Notes under the pieces: model-generated | The model's input: the letters and a program-made list of their open reading frames with translations, nothing else | What the model was told of the DNA's origin: nothing | The model's database searches: none | Made by a program: the position numbers and the translations under genes | Shown here: positions 14,123 through 26,664 of the stretch, one piece after another | Position numbering within the stretch: position 1 is the stretch's first letter | How the letters are laid out: every line of letters starts with the position of its first letter | From: Octopus vulgaris | Taxonomy: Eukaryota | Assembly: GCA_951406725.2 (NCBI GenBank) | Contig: OX597833.1 | Span: 47,430,001-47,494,000 of the forward strand | Reading direction: 5' to 3' | Length of the DNA stretch: 64,000 nt

Positions 14123-14349
14123 TATATGATATAATATAAATAATATATAAATATATGCATATATACATACATATATATGTATGTATATATGCATATATGG
14201 GTACAGGACATCAAAAAAACGTTGAACACAATGAGAAACGAAAACAGAAACGGACTTTTTTTTCAAACAACGAAAATAATAGAGAAACAAGACATACAAC
14301 ACAAGGAATATTCCCCTTCTTCAGTTGTCCCTGTTTCATCTACACCCAG

Positions 14350-14540
14350 GTATTTCGTCTGCCATTACGTTCTGAGTTCAAATTCCGCCGAGGTCGACTT
14401 TGTCTTTCATCCTTTCGGGGTCGATTAAATAAGTACCAGTTACGCACTGGGGTCGATATAATCGACTTAATCCTTTGTCTGTCTTTGTTTGTCCTCTTGT
14501 CCTCTCTGCGTTTAGTCCCTTGTGGGTAGTAAAGAAATAG
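14350..14540 (+). mobile_element. Group B SINE unit (local duplicate of 17062-17251)
   Basis: Has the GTCGACTTTG.CTTTCATCCTTTCGGGGTCGAT core and shares private variants with the 17062 unit. Confidence 0.85.
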
Positions 14541-14899
14541 GTACCAAACTATATATCTCCCCTGGTAATTGATTTCGCTGAATGTGAACCAGAAAAGTTG
14601 AAATGTTGAGAATCTTTTTAACTTGGGTCTTTAATAGTTTAAACGAGTCTTTTCGCTCAACATGTTAACGTAATCCGTTTGTTAAATACGCGATCATGTT
14701 TGATGTATAGGATGTGTATTAAATATTGTTCAATTGTTTGCTGCTATAGCAGAGTTCTGAATCTATTAATGATGGTGATGATAACAACCCAAACGATTGC
14801 CACAATTACAATCATAAGTAGAACAGAATTACGAGTATAATAATGACCGTAATGTTAGCGAGCTTAGGACTAACGCAATAATAACAATTTATAATTAAT

Positions 14900-15900
14900 T
14901 TTACAACAATGAGCTTATTGTACACAATGCCCGTGTTTACTATACAGCTCGTTGGAAAAGGGTAAAACACGGGACAAAAAGGAATCGACAATGATAGCCA
15001 AAGTAAACAGGTTAAACGAAAAACGAAATAAATGAATGGTAAAAAAAGCTACAAAGAGGCACTCAAGGGCAGTACAAATTTAGGGAAGCATGGAACTTTT
15101 TAAGGATACAGTATCCTGACAGACAACAACTAACGTGGTTAGTTTATTTCATACTTCGACAATTCTGAGTGTGCAAAATAAAAATAGTTTCCGGAAGTCA
15201 TGGATGCTGTTTTTTATTTTTTTTTATTTTATGAACATGGCCACGGGTGGTAGAGGTGATGAATTCAAAAAGATGATCAAAATTATTGATAGAAAGCTGG
15301 GGGATACTTTCACAGGCTTCTTCCAAGCCAGATGTTTGATATCGAAGCCTTAGTGTGTTGATTACCAGAGAAGCAAGACTTTCAAGTTATGGTCAGAGAA
15401 CGACGGGAGGGCATTCGTCTAGCGGCTTGTTTCTGGACAGCTTCTAGCAATTGGTATATTGGAAAAAAAATTGGGGGTTCTGGATTGACGATGCAAGGTC
15501 TACGTGTGACCGTACCTTAGTCATGCATATTTTTTAATAGATAGCCGGCGAGTGGTTGATAAAAGTCTTACTGAGTAATACTTTCGATCTTTTTTGACGA
15601 TTTTAGACATATAGTTTGCCTGTCAGAAGTCCATTGCTGCCTTGTGTCCAGGTCAGATTGCTTGAAAGCGCTATAGTGTTATAGGATTCGTTCTTTTTGT
15701 CTCAAGCTACAGAATAATGTTGTGTGTGTATTTTAATACAATAGGTTCGTGTGTCATATAGCTAGCTAGAGGCGATGACCTCTTGGAGCTAATCAACGGA
15801 AGCTTTCGTCCTATATTTATGGGCTGCCATATTAGCCTGGCGATAACTGTTAATATCCAGTACCGCTGACGTAGTCTCATTTAGAGAGACTTAGAAATAA
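14900..15900 (-). mobile_element. Old, decayed CR1-group LINE fragment
   Basis: 15080-15250 aligns by eye with 1345-1500 (GGGAAGCATGGAA..AAGGAT.CAGT..AAGTCATGG..GCTG). Boundaries approximate. Confidence 0.6.
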
Positions 15901-16246
15901 TAATATTTCTACTTATAATTTTTCCTTTCATTTTACTTGAATTGCATTTTTCCTAGAACCAATTGAATGACCTATTATGTTTGATTTGTGAAATACACGT
16001 TCTCATTGATTGTCTATGTCTGAGTCATATCAGAGTTTCTTTAGGATCATTTCTACAGGTATGTTTAACTATCTTTCTGTTTAACGGTCTTTCTATGAAT
16101 TTGTATGTTTGTTAGGACTGATTACAGTCCAAATAAACACAGGTATCTGTGCGTTATCATATTCATTTAACGGTTTGATATGTACACTTCTATAAACATA
16201 CATACATATACACATATATACATACGTTTGTTGCGCTCAGAAGTGG

Positions 16247-16308
<62 letters not shown>

Positions 16309-16645
16309 CGTGTGTGCGTACGTGCGTGTGTGTGTGTATTGAAATATTTCCACCAAATGCTTCTTCATATTTTGAAATGTTTTAAATGGGTAAGGTTTAC
16401 GTAAAGGAAGTGTTTCCTTACATATTTTTTCTTATATATATTACAGAAACTTAAAACGTACATATTAAACGATTTCAAACTATCACTTTATTATTACACC
16501 TTAAACACACACACACTGGCATATCTGTATATATGTATAATGGTATACGGACATTCACGAAACATTAGCATATCAACTTAAGGCGAAATATTTGCATTAT
16601 GGTAAAAGGACATATTTACTGGTACCAAACTATATATCTCCCCTG

Positions 16646-17251
16646 AAGGCGGCGAGCTGGCAGAAACGTTAGCACGCTGGGCGAAGTGCTAAACGGTATT
16701 TCGTCTGCCGTTACGTTCAGAGTTCAAATTCCGCCGAGGTCGACTTAGCCTTTCATCCTTTCGGGGTCGATTAAATAAGTACCAGTTACGCACTGGGGTC
16801 GATGTAATCGACTTAATCCGTTTGTCTGTCCTTGTTTGTCCCCTCTGTATTTAGCCCCTTGTGGGTAGTAAAGAAATAGGTATTTCGCCTGCCGTTACGT
16901 TCTGAGTTCAAATTCCGCCGAGGTCGACTTTGCCGTTCATCCTTCCGGTCGATAAATTAGGTACCAGTTACGCACTGGGGTCGATGTAATCGACTTAATC
17001 CCTTTGTCTGTCCTTGTTTGTCCTCTCTGTGTTTAGCCCTTTGTGGGTAATAAAGAAACAGGTATTTCGTCTGCCATTACGTTCTGAGTTCAAATTCCGC
17101 CGAGGTCGACTTTGCCTTTCATCCTTTCGGAGTCGATTAAATAAGTACCAGTTACGCACTGGGGTCGATATAATCGACTTAATCCTTTGTCTATCCTTGT
17201 TTGTCCTCTTGTCCTCTCTGCGTTTAGTCCCTTGTGGGTAGTAAAGAATTA
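16646..17251 (+). mobile_element. Group B SINE, tandem trimer with 25-bp flanking direct repeat
   Basis: One head (AGGCGGCGAGCTGGCAGAAACGTTAGC) and three body units. GGTACCAAACTATATATCTCCCCTG lies at both 16621-16645 and 17252-17276. Confidence 0.9.
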
Positions 17252-18272
17252 GGTACCAAACTATATATCTCCCCTGGTAATTGATTTCGCTGAATGTGAA
17301 ATTCTTTAACCAGTAGTATACCTATGTTACTGTTAATTACATAGTGATATAAGCTGTTGGTATTGCTGCATTACATATTATAATCGTGATACAATGCATG
17401 ACCTCATTATAAGACTTGACCGTACTCTCTCATTTACATGTATATGTATGAGTGCAGTATAAAGCTCGTCCATCTTCAGATTTCACCCTGTGCTTTCCCG
17501 GTTTGCGTTTGGGCATCTGTCATGTGTGCATAGATGACTGAAAAAATTTGGAATCAACTGCTAAGTCCAGACCACCAAAGACAGAGAGGATATACTTTTG
17601 AAGCAGAGAATTTGAATTTACGTAGACAATATTTACATATCGCCTGAGGAAACACAACTAGGTCTCATAATGCAGGGAAACGGTTGCATAATCAAGTACT
17701 TGCACGCCTGGAGAACTGCGATGCGTAGAAACAACTGTAGTGATTGAAAATAAATGTCCAACTGTACTCCTCCTTGTTGAATGTCCGTATACCATATATG
17801 GATATGCCAGGGTGTGTGCGTTTAAGGTGTAATAATAAAGTGATATGCGGGAACGACTGTTTCATCGAAGTCGCGCCTTGTCCTTACCTTTGAAAAGCGG
17901 GGTAGATGAAACAGGGACAACTGAAGAAGGAGAATATTGCTTGTGTTGTATGTCTTGTTTCTCTATTATTTTCGTTGTTTGAAAAAAAAAGTCCGTTTCT
18001 GTTTTCGTTTCTCATTGTGTTCAACGTTTTTTTGATGTCCTGTACCCATATATGCATGTATATATACATATATATGTATGTATATATGCATATAGTTTAT
18101 ATATTATATTATATATATATATATTTAATGTAGGATAAATTTTTTTCGAAAAAATAAATTTTATCAGTGGCCAGCATATTAAAAAATACCTTTAAAGGTT
18201 AAATTTATAAACAGCTAATAAATAAGGGCAAATGAAAAAAATTCTAATGCCAAATATGCCGAAATTAGACAC

Positions 18273-18578
18273 TCACCCCCAATAGGGGCCTTAACTTCCA
18301 CATTTTAGACCTCCATGACCTCCGTTTTTTCAGGAGCAAAATCCTTTTAACAGGTTCCATAAGACTGGAATTTTGGAATCTGCGCATAAAGATCAGTAGT
18401 GTGGGATACATGTGCTACGATTAGAATTTTTTAGGGTGTGTAAAGAGGAAAAGAACTCTCATCTGTAATTTTGATGAAAATCGAATCATAGGTATTCCAG
18501 TTCATTAGAGAAAATATAACAGAAAAGTCTAATTCTTCAATTGCCTGTAACACGGGCAACGCCGGGTATCTCTGCTAG
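18273..18578 (+). mobile_element. Helitron 3' fragment
   Basis: Ends CACGGGCAACGCCGGGTATCTCTGCTAG followed by T, the same terminal motif as the 11200 element. Confidence 0.7.
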
Positions 18579-18598
18579 TATGTATATATATATATATA

Positions 18599-18946
18599 CT
18601 TTATTTAAAAGCAGCAGAAATATAACAAAAGCTGTTACTCGAGTTTCACGTTCCCGTTTGTCGGACAGTTTTGTTAAAAAAAAACTTGCTGGCCTAGTGC
18701 CAAAATTTGAAACCAATATTATCACATTATTTTTAATCCATTTCATAACTGAATAACCCAATTGTTATCACTTAACAAAACCATTTTTTTGTTTTTAACA
18801 AAACTGTCCGACGAACGGGAACGTGAAACTCCGAGTAACAGCTTTTGTTATATTTCTGCTGCTTTTAAATAAAGCATATTACTCTACCTCTGGCATTTGA
18901 GTACTCTTTTTTTCCACTTTGTTTCACATTTATGTGCTTACTCCAG
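18599..18946 (+). mobile_element. Penelope-like terminal module with partial inverted repeat and two hammerhead-like motifs, in (TA)n
   Basis: Inverted arms 18599-18680 / 18793-18875. Motifs at 18632-18668 (-) and 18804-18841 (+). Homologous to 45313-45545. Confidence 0.75.
18804..18841 (+). ncRNA. Minimal hammerhead-ribozyme-like motif (CCGACGA core variant)
   Basis: CTGT CCGACGA ACG-GGAA-CGT GAAA CTC-C-GAG TA ACAG. Confidence 0.65.
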
Positions 18947-18968
18947 TATATATATATATATATATATA

Positions 18969-19490
18969 TACATGATCTGATCAATAAGTATCCGGATCTG
19001 GACTTTTGCTAGCGTCATGAAACTAAAGCACAGAGAGTGAAGCTACTAGGCACAGATCGACCTTGAACTATCCTGTGCATGCGCACAAAGTTTTAACGTT
19101 CTAGCTCACTTCTGCTGTTTACAGCAGTGATTGGAAGGAAGGTGTGTAGCATGTGATCCACACATTGACCTTGACAGAGAAAGTTGAGCAAAGAATCTAC
19201 ATTAAGTTTCGCCAAAAGCTTGGCAAATACCTGCTCAGAGGCCTATGCAAAGTTTTTCAAAATGCTTTCATCGTTCTCAACACAATCAAGAAGATCTTGT
19301 GCAACTGAAACCCGAATGTCTTTTTGGTCAGCTGAAAACACTTTTGGCAGAAATTTGGCAGACACGCGTCTTATACCCAAATCTTCAGCGATAATGGACT
19401 GAACTGAACCGTAAGTAATCTGATAACTCACGGATGGTGATTCGACGATTCCCCCTCACAGCTGCACGCACATCAGCGATGTCAGTTCTA
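18969..19490. mobile_element. Mariner transposon fragment with internal inversion
   Basis: TIR-like TAC..G.TCTGATCAATAAGTATCCGGA. Plus strand TEKVEQRIYIKFRQKLG (about 19174-19225). Minus strand YGSVQSIIAEDLGIRRVSAKFLPKVFSADQKDIRV (19255-19431). Confidence 0.82.
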
Positions 19491-19512
19491 CTATGGGTTA
19501 ATAATTTTGTTA

Positions 19513-19824
19513 TCACCGTGATCACCGTGACCGACCAGGCTATCAGATGTTGTTACACATCGCTGGTCACAATGCGCTTCGCATTGTTTTAGCCTTCAAA
19601 TGACGCCACCCCGCTGGCTAAGCGAGCAGGCCAACAGAAGAAAGAGTGAGAGAAAGTTGTGGCGAAAGAGCACAGCAGGGATCGCCACCAGCCCCTGCCG
19701 GAGCATCGTGAAGCTTTAGGTGTTTTCGCTCAATAAACACTCACAACGCCTGGTCTAGGAATCGAAACCGCGATCCTACGACCGCGAGTCCGCTGCCCTA
19801 ACCACTGGGCCATTGCGCCTCCAC
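19513..19824 (-). mobile_element. tRNA-headed SINE (group C), alternative tail
   Basis: Head TGGAGGCGCAATGGCCCAGTGGTTAGGGCAGCGG on the minus strand. Confidence 0.85.
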
Positions 19825-19860
19825 AATTTTGTTATAACTTAACAATTTTTAAAAATTGTT

Positions 19861-20277
19861 GGATCTTTTCGGTTTGAACGGCACTTTTTTCTAGCGGTGT
19901 CATATGAAATTGTCACCCATAATAATGACCCTAGAATCGATCTATTGCATTTCAATCTGTTTTAGGGTTAGGGTTAGGGGTGTGGGAAGGGTTTCTTCTT
20001 TTCTTGACAAATTTAAATAAACCCAATCTGTTTCTTAAACGAGGGACATATTCATACGGCACAGAATGCTTTTTAACTCAATAGACGTCACTGATTGGTT
20101 GAAATTGCAGAAATTGAAGAAAAAAACAACAACAAATATCTTAAAAACTATAGAATTTTCTCAATAAATCCAAGAGAAAAGATGTTTTATGAACACATTC
20201 TACCAGTATACGAAGTTTAAATTTTTTTAGTTACCTAGAAATTAAGTTAAAAACTGCCGTTCAAACCGAAAAGATCC
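19861..20277 (+). mobile_element. Merlin-like telomeric-repeat MITE (family A)
   Basis: TIRs intact, TSD AAATTGTT. Confidence 0.92.
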
Positions 20278-20633
20278 AAATTGTTTTTTCGCGTTACGTC
20301 ATTTTTGTGTTATGTCACGTATCTTGGAACCAACTACCAACGTACGTTGAGATATACTCGTGGTTGCATGTTACTTATTCAACCATGTGGAAGGGCTGTT
20401 ATAGTTAAACAAAATTCTCCCACTTCCTCCCAAATACCGAACAGTGTGATTTAAACATATTTTTTTGTTTCAGTGTTATCTTTAAATTTGAGAAGAGTTA
20501 CAGCTGTTCTTGAGACGTTGACAATAATCTGTTAAAGCTTGACAAAAATAATTTTGAAATTTTGTGTAAGGGTGGCGTTGTCGGTGGTGGTCGTTTAGAA
20601 ATTCTCTGGTTCATTTCTTGTTGTTGTTTGTTC

Positions 20634-20908
20634 CTTCTCGAGCCATGCATGGCTCATAAGGGCCGGTTTTCCCGGTTTCCTTGGATGGGACGCCGGTCCG
20701 TCGCAGGTGAGCTGCAAGATGCAGGAGGAAAGAGTGAGAGAAAGTTGTGACGAAAGAGCCAGCAGAAGTTCGCCATTACCTTCTGCCGGAGTCGCGTGGA
20801 ACTTAGTTGTTTCGCTGATAAACACACACATCGCCCGGTCTGAAATTCAAACCCGCGATCCCTCGGCCGCGAGTCTACTGCTCTAACCACTAGGCCATAT
20901 GCCTCCAC
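20634..20908 (-). mobile_element. tRNA-headed SINE (group C)
   Basis: Head homologous to the 19513 copy; tail homologous to the 26352 copy. Confidence 0.8.
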
Positions 20909-20963
20909 TCATTTCTTGTTAGCGAGGTTAATTGCAATTCTTTATTTCCTAATTGCATTTTGG

Positions 20964-21031
<68 letters not shown>

Positions 21032-21180
21032 AGGTAATCCGTTAGCTGTCCATAAGTTAGAAAAAACACTTTCAATATAAGTTACAGAACACGTATATTT
21101 TTATATCATCGAACAGTATTTTACTAGTTATCCTATATAACTGGTCAGTAAGTTACCGTTGGTTTCGCGGTGAATATTTT

Positions 21181-21465
21181 TTTCTACTCTAGGCACAAGG
21201 CCCGAAATTTTGGGGGAGGGACCCAGTCGATTAGATCGACCCCAATACGCAACTGGTACTTAATTTATCGACCGCGAAAGGGTGAAAGGCATTGTCGACC
21301 TCGGCAGAATTTGAACTCAGAATGTAAAGACAGATGAAATACCTATCTCTTTACTACCCACAAGGGGCTAAACACAGAGGGGACAAACAAGGACAGACAA
21401 ACGGATTAAGTCGATTATATCGACCCCAGTGCGTAACTGGTACTTATTTAATCGACCCCGAAAGG
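21181..21465 (-). mobile_element. Group B SINE fragments (two)
   Basis: Reverse complement of the group B core and tail. Confidence 0.8.
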
Positions 21466-21745
21466 AGCAATACAGACAATACAGGATTATACTGCCGAAC
21501 CAAAATTGCCCCGTAAAAGCGTCGTTCGAAGAGGACGCTCTTTCGTCCTCACCCCCAACCCCTAGCTACGCTTTTGTTTACCCCACAGTTCCTTGTCAGA
21601 ATTGCAGCTTTGAAGAATATCCAACTTGACAACATTTCTTCTGCAGACATCCATCTTCAAAAGTTCAAACTGGATACAAACTGCATTGATCTCACCAGTA
21701 TCAGAGGCTCTACAAAAAACACGTCCCTTCCTTCTCCTCCACTGA

Positions 21746-21981
21746 AGGGTTAGGGTTAGGGGTAGCGGAAGGGTATCTTTTTTCCTTCACAAATGTAAAT
21801 AAACCCAATCTGTTTCTTAAACGAGGGACATATTCACACGGCACAGAATGTTTTCACCTCAATAGACGTCAGTGATTGGTTGAAATTGCAGAAATTGAAT
21901 AAAAAACAACAAATATCTTACAAACTATAGAATTTTCTCAATAAAGCCAAGAGAAAAAGATGTTTTATAAACACATTCTAA
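21746..21981 (+). mobile_element. Internal fragment of MITE family A starting at the TTAGGG tract
   Basis: Matches 26768-27000; no TIRs. Confidence 0.85.
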
Positions 21982-22286
21982 CAATGGATTCTAATTTAGG
22001 TACAAGACCAGAAATTTAGAAGGAAGTGTTCAGAGGGTACTGGATTAAATCGACTCTAGTTTTTAGCTGGTACCTTATTTTATCGGCTCCAGAGCAATGA
22101 AAGATACAGTTGACCACTGCGGGATATGAACGTCAAGAGCCGGAACCGTAAAGCATTTTTTGCCACGCACTAACGATTCTGTTCTCTCGCCGCTTCTTGA
22201 TAATTGTTTTACCTTTTGGTACAAGATCGGCGGTTTTGAGGGGGAGGGGACGTGTTGATTTCATCGACTCTCCAATAATAGATTGG

Positions 22287-22685
22287 GGATCTTTCGGTTT
22301 GAACGGCAGTTTTTTCTAGCGGTGTCATATGAAATTGTCACCCATAATTATGACCCTAGTTTATTGAGAAAATTCTATAGTTTGTAAGATATTTGCTGCT
22401 TTTTTCTTCTTCAATTTCTGCAATTTCAACCAATCAATGACGTCTAATTTGAGGTGAAAACATTCTGTGCCGTATGAATATGTCCCTCGTTTAAGAAACA
22501 GATTGGGTTTATTTACATTTCTGAAGAAAAAAAGATACCCTTCCCCCCACCCCTAACCCTAACCCTAACTAACCTTAACCCTAAAACAGATTGAAATGCA
22601 ATAAATCGATACTAGGGTCATAATTATGGGTGACAATTTCATATGACACCGCTAGAAAAAACTGCCGTTCAAACCGAAAAGATCC
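22287..22685 (-). mobile_element. Rearranged family A MITE with two left ends
   Basis: Both termini continue into CTAGCGGTGTCATATGAAATTGTCACCC. No 8-bp TSD. Confidence 0.85.
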
Positions 22686-23610
22686 TTATTATATTCTCAA
22701 AACAACTTGGAACAAAGAATTACCATCTTACACATTCTTGCATAATAAAAATTGATTTTCTTTTAAAAAAAGAGAAGAAAAAAATACGGGCTGAATTTGC
22801 AGACAGGATAGATGATGTCTGATGACGTTACTGTTATAGAAATAGCAGTGGAGGCACGACAATATAACACCAACCGCAACGGTACAGCAAACAAAATTAG
22901 TAACCAACAACTTGAACTTGAGAAAAAATAGTTTAGCGACATCAGATATGAAATGATCGTCTTCCATCTTTCAGTTTGAGAAAAACATTTTTAACTATCA
23001 TTTTAAACGGACGTACACAGAATTTAATTTTGGTGAAAAATAGATACATGAAAGAAATAATAACAATATTTTTAGTAATATTAAATGTGATAGAATAAGA
23101 AGGAGGACAAGCAAAGGGTCTTAATGAAAAGAGACTACGACAATGATGAAGAAACATAAATTATCACCCGGATATAAATAAATAACGAAAACAACCAATC
23201 GAAAGCAGCACAGCAAAGATCGAATTTGAAATATACGAAACAGTGTGTGTGTGTGTGTGTGTGTAAAGCTTTGTGTGTATGTGTGTATGTGTTGTGTGTG
23301 CCATCGATATCATTTACAGGATATATTATAATACATAGGATATGATTACATAATCGATAGAGAGACAGGAGGCTGAAAAGCTGACAATGGACCAAAAAGA
23401 CGTGTGAATCACAAAACGAATGAAGAGAAAATTAACCAATGAATGACGAAATAACCAAAGACAATTTGATGGAATAAGATTTAGAAACTGGCCAATGACA
23501 ACGACGGCGACACAAAAGTACGAACCTGTTCGGATGCGTATAAAATTAGCTTGGTTTATACCCCCTCTCACACCACACCAACAAAAAGTTCAGGTCATCT
23601 TATAATTGCA

Positions 23611-23659
<49 letters not shown>

Positions 23660-23674
23660 AACTGATATTTCCCA

Positions 23675-24180
23675 CATACGTGGTTTCGGGTTTCGGGTTT
23701 CAATCCCACTGCAAGGCACTTTGGGCAAATGTCTTCTACTAATTTCTTTACTACCCACAAGGGGCTAAACATCGACCCCAGTGCGAAACTGGTACTTAAT
23801 TTATCGACCCCGAAAGGATGAAAGGCAAAGTCTACCTCGGCGGAATTTGAACTCAGAATGTAACGGCAGACGAAAAAATGTTTTCTACTATATCCACAGG
23901 GTGAGCAATGTCTTGCAAGTGAATTTTGTTGATGGAAACTGTGTGAAGCCTATCGTGTGTGCATTTCCGTTTGTGTTTTTGGACTGGTCTATAAGCCTGA
24001 ATACACTATTAACAACTGGTGTTGGCTTGTTTACTTCCCCGCAAATTAGTAAGTTCGGTAAAAAGAGGTTGATAGAATTAGTAACACATTTAAAATTAAG
24101 TACTGAGGTCAATTTGTTCAACTAAACCCTTCAAGGCGGTGCCCCAGCATGGCCGCAGTCCAATAAGTGAATCAAGATAC
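23675..24180. mobile_element. Old group A SINE interrupted by a group B SINE (23742-23875, minus)
   Basis: CTTTGGGCAAATGTCTTCTACTA precedes the insert and TTTTCTACTATA follows it. Group A tail AAGGCGGTGCCCCAGCATGGCCGCAGTC at about 24133. Confidence 0.7.
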
Positions 24181-24647
24181 AATGACAAATCATTGAATCA
24201 TTAAAATGGATCTTCGGAAAATATACTTTGATATACATAGATTTTCATCAACATTGAATCTGTTCAAATGGACTACATAATTAGTTGGACAAGAGACGAT
24301 AAATGCCTTATATCTTCGGTTACGACAACACATGTTCCAGTTGATCCGATCAACGAACAACCTACTCCACAGATCCGATCAACGAACAACATACTCCACA
24401 GATCCGATCAACGAACAACATACTCCACAGCCCTCCACAGACACTCATACCCTTAACGTAGTTCTAAGGATGAAATAGTTGAGTACCGAGACAATTTAAT
24501 CGACTTAACCGCTACCTTAAAAATTGCTGGCCGTGTGCCAAAATTTGAAAACCTTAATTTAATTACCTTGAAAATGATAATTAATTAGAGTTTATTTGTT
24601 GACAACTGTTTTTATTTAATGTAATATTTTATAAGAATTCTTTTTCG

Positions 24648-24965
24648 AAGGCGCATGGCTCAGTGGTTAGAGTGTTGGACTCACAATCATGAGGTAGTGA
24701 GTTCGATTCCCGAACCGGGTTGTGTATTGTGTTCTTGAGCGAGACATTTTATTTCATCCAGCTGTAGAAATGAGTTGCGACGTCACTGGTGCCAAGCTGT
24801 ATCGGTCTTTGCCTTTCCTTTGGATAACATCTATGACGTGGAGAGGGAGGCTGGTATGCATGGGCGACTGCTGGTCTTCCATAAACAACCTTGCCCGGAC
24901 TTGTGCCTGGGAGAGGAATTTCTTGGTGCAATCCCATGGTCATTCATGGCCGGTGGGGGTCTTTA
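24648..24965 (+). mobile_element. tRNA-headed SINE with RTE-5'UTR-like body; second copy at 63783-64000
   Basis: A box TGGCTCAGTGG, B box GTTCGATTCC. Body GGTGCCAAGCTGTATCGG..GTGGAGAGG..GCATGGGCGACTGC. Confidence 0.8.
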
Positions 24966-25101
24966 CTCTTTATTGATATGTACCACATTCAACTTATGTG
25001 GTCTTATCAAGCTCAAAAAGCATTTTTTTAGAAACTAAATATTGGTGGATCAATAATTTTTTTTTTTCACATCGTTGCAATTTGAAGGTGGTATAGTTTA
25101 C

Positions 25102-25531
25102 GGATCTTTTTGGTTTGAACGGCAGTTTTTAACATAATTTCTAGGTAACTAAACACTTTTAAACTTCGTATACTGGTAGAATGTGTTTATAAAACATCTT
25201 TTTCTCTTGGCTTTATTGAGAAAATTCTGTAGTTTGTAAGATATTTGTTGTTGTTTTTTTCTTCAATTTCTGCAATTTCAAACAATCAATTACGTCCATA
25301 GAGATAAAAAACATTCTGTGCCGTATGAAACAGATTGGGTTTATTTACATTTGTAAAGAAAAAAAGATACCCTTCCCCCCCTAACCCTAACCCTAACCAA
25401 CCCTAACTAACCCTAACTAACTCTAACCCTAAAACAGATAGAAATGCAATAGATCGATACTATTCATAATTATGGGTGACATTTTCATATGACACCGCTG
25501 GAAAAAACTGACGTTCAAACCGAAAAGATCC
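25102..25531 (-). mobile_element. Merlin-like telomeric-repeat MITE (family A)
   Basis: TIRs, TSD TAGTTTAC, (CCCTAA)n. Confidence 0.92.
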
Positions 25532-26351
25532 TAGTTTACAAAAACAAGGAATTATTTTCTCCAAGATTTCTGTTTCATTATAAACACATTCATCTTTAAA
25601 ACCTCTTTATCATATTTTGCACATAAAACTTCTCAAAAAAGTTCTATATTGATAAAAATTTTAAAGAATTTTACGAAGGCGAATAATTTACCAAGTTTAA
25701 TTAAACATTTTCGGCAGGAACACCAGCGTAATTCACGAAGTAGAAATAAAACCAAACTCTACCTAACCACGCCATGTATTGAAGAAACTGAACTGATGAA
25801 AAATGAGAAACTGTAATTATATTTCGATAAAAAAATTTTTTTTGATAAAATAAAAGTGTTAGGTTGTTTAATCTCCAGTACTTATTGCAACTGTAGAATT
25901 TATGAAAAATATGTAAGTTTTGAACGATTCTGGGTGGAAGGATAAATGATTGTTCAACAGAAATTGCGATAGGCATATGGGAAAATCTGATAATAAATCG
26001 GATGGCGAGGTTTTTATCTTCAATCCGAAGAAATCAGACATAATTAATGACACCTGTATGACACTGTTATATATTCTACTCTTATCTAATGTGTTACATT
26101 ATTTTCTGACAGTTTATCGTTCTCTCTATATATCCATTTTCTAGTTTAAATCCTATATTATCATACAGATATCTAGAATTCTCTAATTTCCCCGTCGAAC
26201 TACATATAACTATATATTTCAGAGACGTTCTTGCCAAGCTTGTGATTTGATCTGAAACCGCGTGTTGCAACAACATCAATCACTGCGTGAAGATAATTAT
26301 TAGCCATTGAAAAACATCCAACAATTTGTTAACATCATTTAAAATAAATAA

Positions 26352-26601
26352 ATGCGCCCTTTTTAAAGCCTAGCCAGGCTCATGGGGCCGGTTTCCCGGT
26401 TTCTAAGGCGTATGTGTTCCCCAGCTGGACGGGACGCCAGTCCATCGCAGCGTTACTCATTTTTGCCAGCTGAGTGGACTGGAGCAACGTGAAATGAAGT
26501 GTTTTGCTCAAGAACACAACGCGTTGCCCGGTCCAGGAATCTAAACTACAATCTTACTATCATGATGCTGACACCCTAACTACTAAGCCACGCGCCTCCA
26601 C
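26352..26601 (-). mobile_element. tRNA-headed SINE (group C)
   Basis: Head TGGAGGCGCGTGGCTTAGTAGTTAGGG on the minus strand; (AAAT)n at the tail side. Confidence 0.85.
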
Positions 26602-26664
26602 TTTAAAATAAATAAATAAATAAATGTGCTCTTTTAAAGCCTAGCTAACCCCATGGGCCCTGTT

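Noticed and set aside
17703-17745. CTGGAGA..GAAACAACTGTA hammerhead-like string
   Set aside because: The core deviates, stems are weak and there is only one copy, so it cannot be distinguished from chance by eye.
24648-24720. tRNA-like sequences with A and B boxes (also 19750-19824)
   Set aside because: They are SINE heads that continue into SINE bodies and lack a complete cloverleaf, so they are not called tRNA genes.
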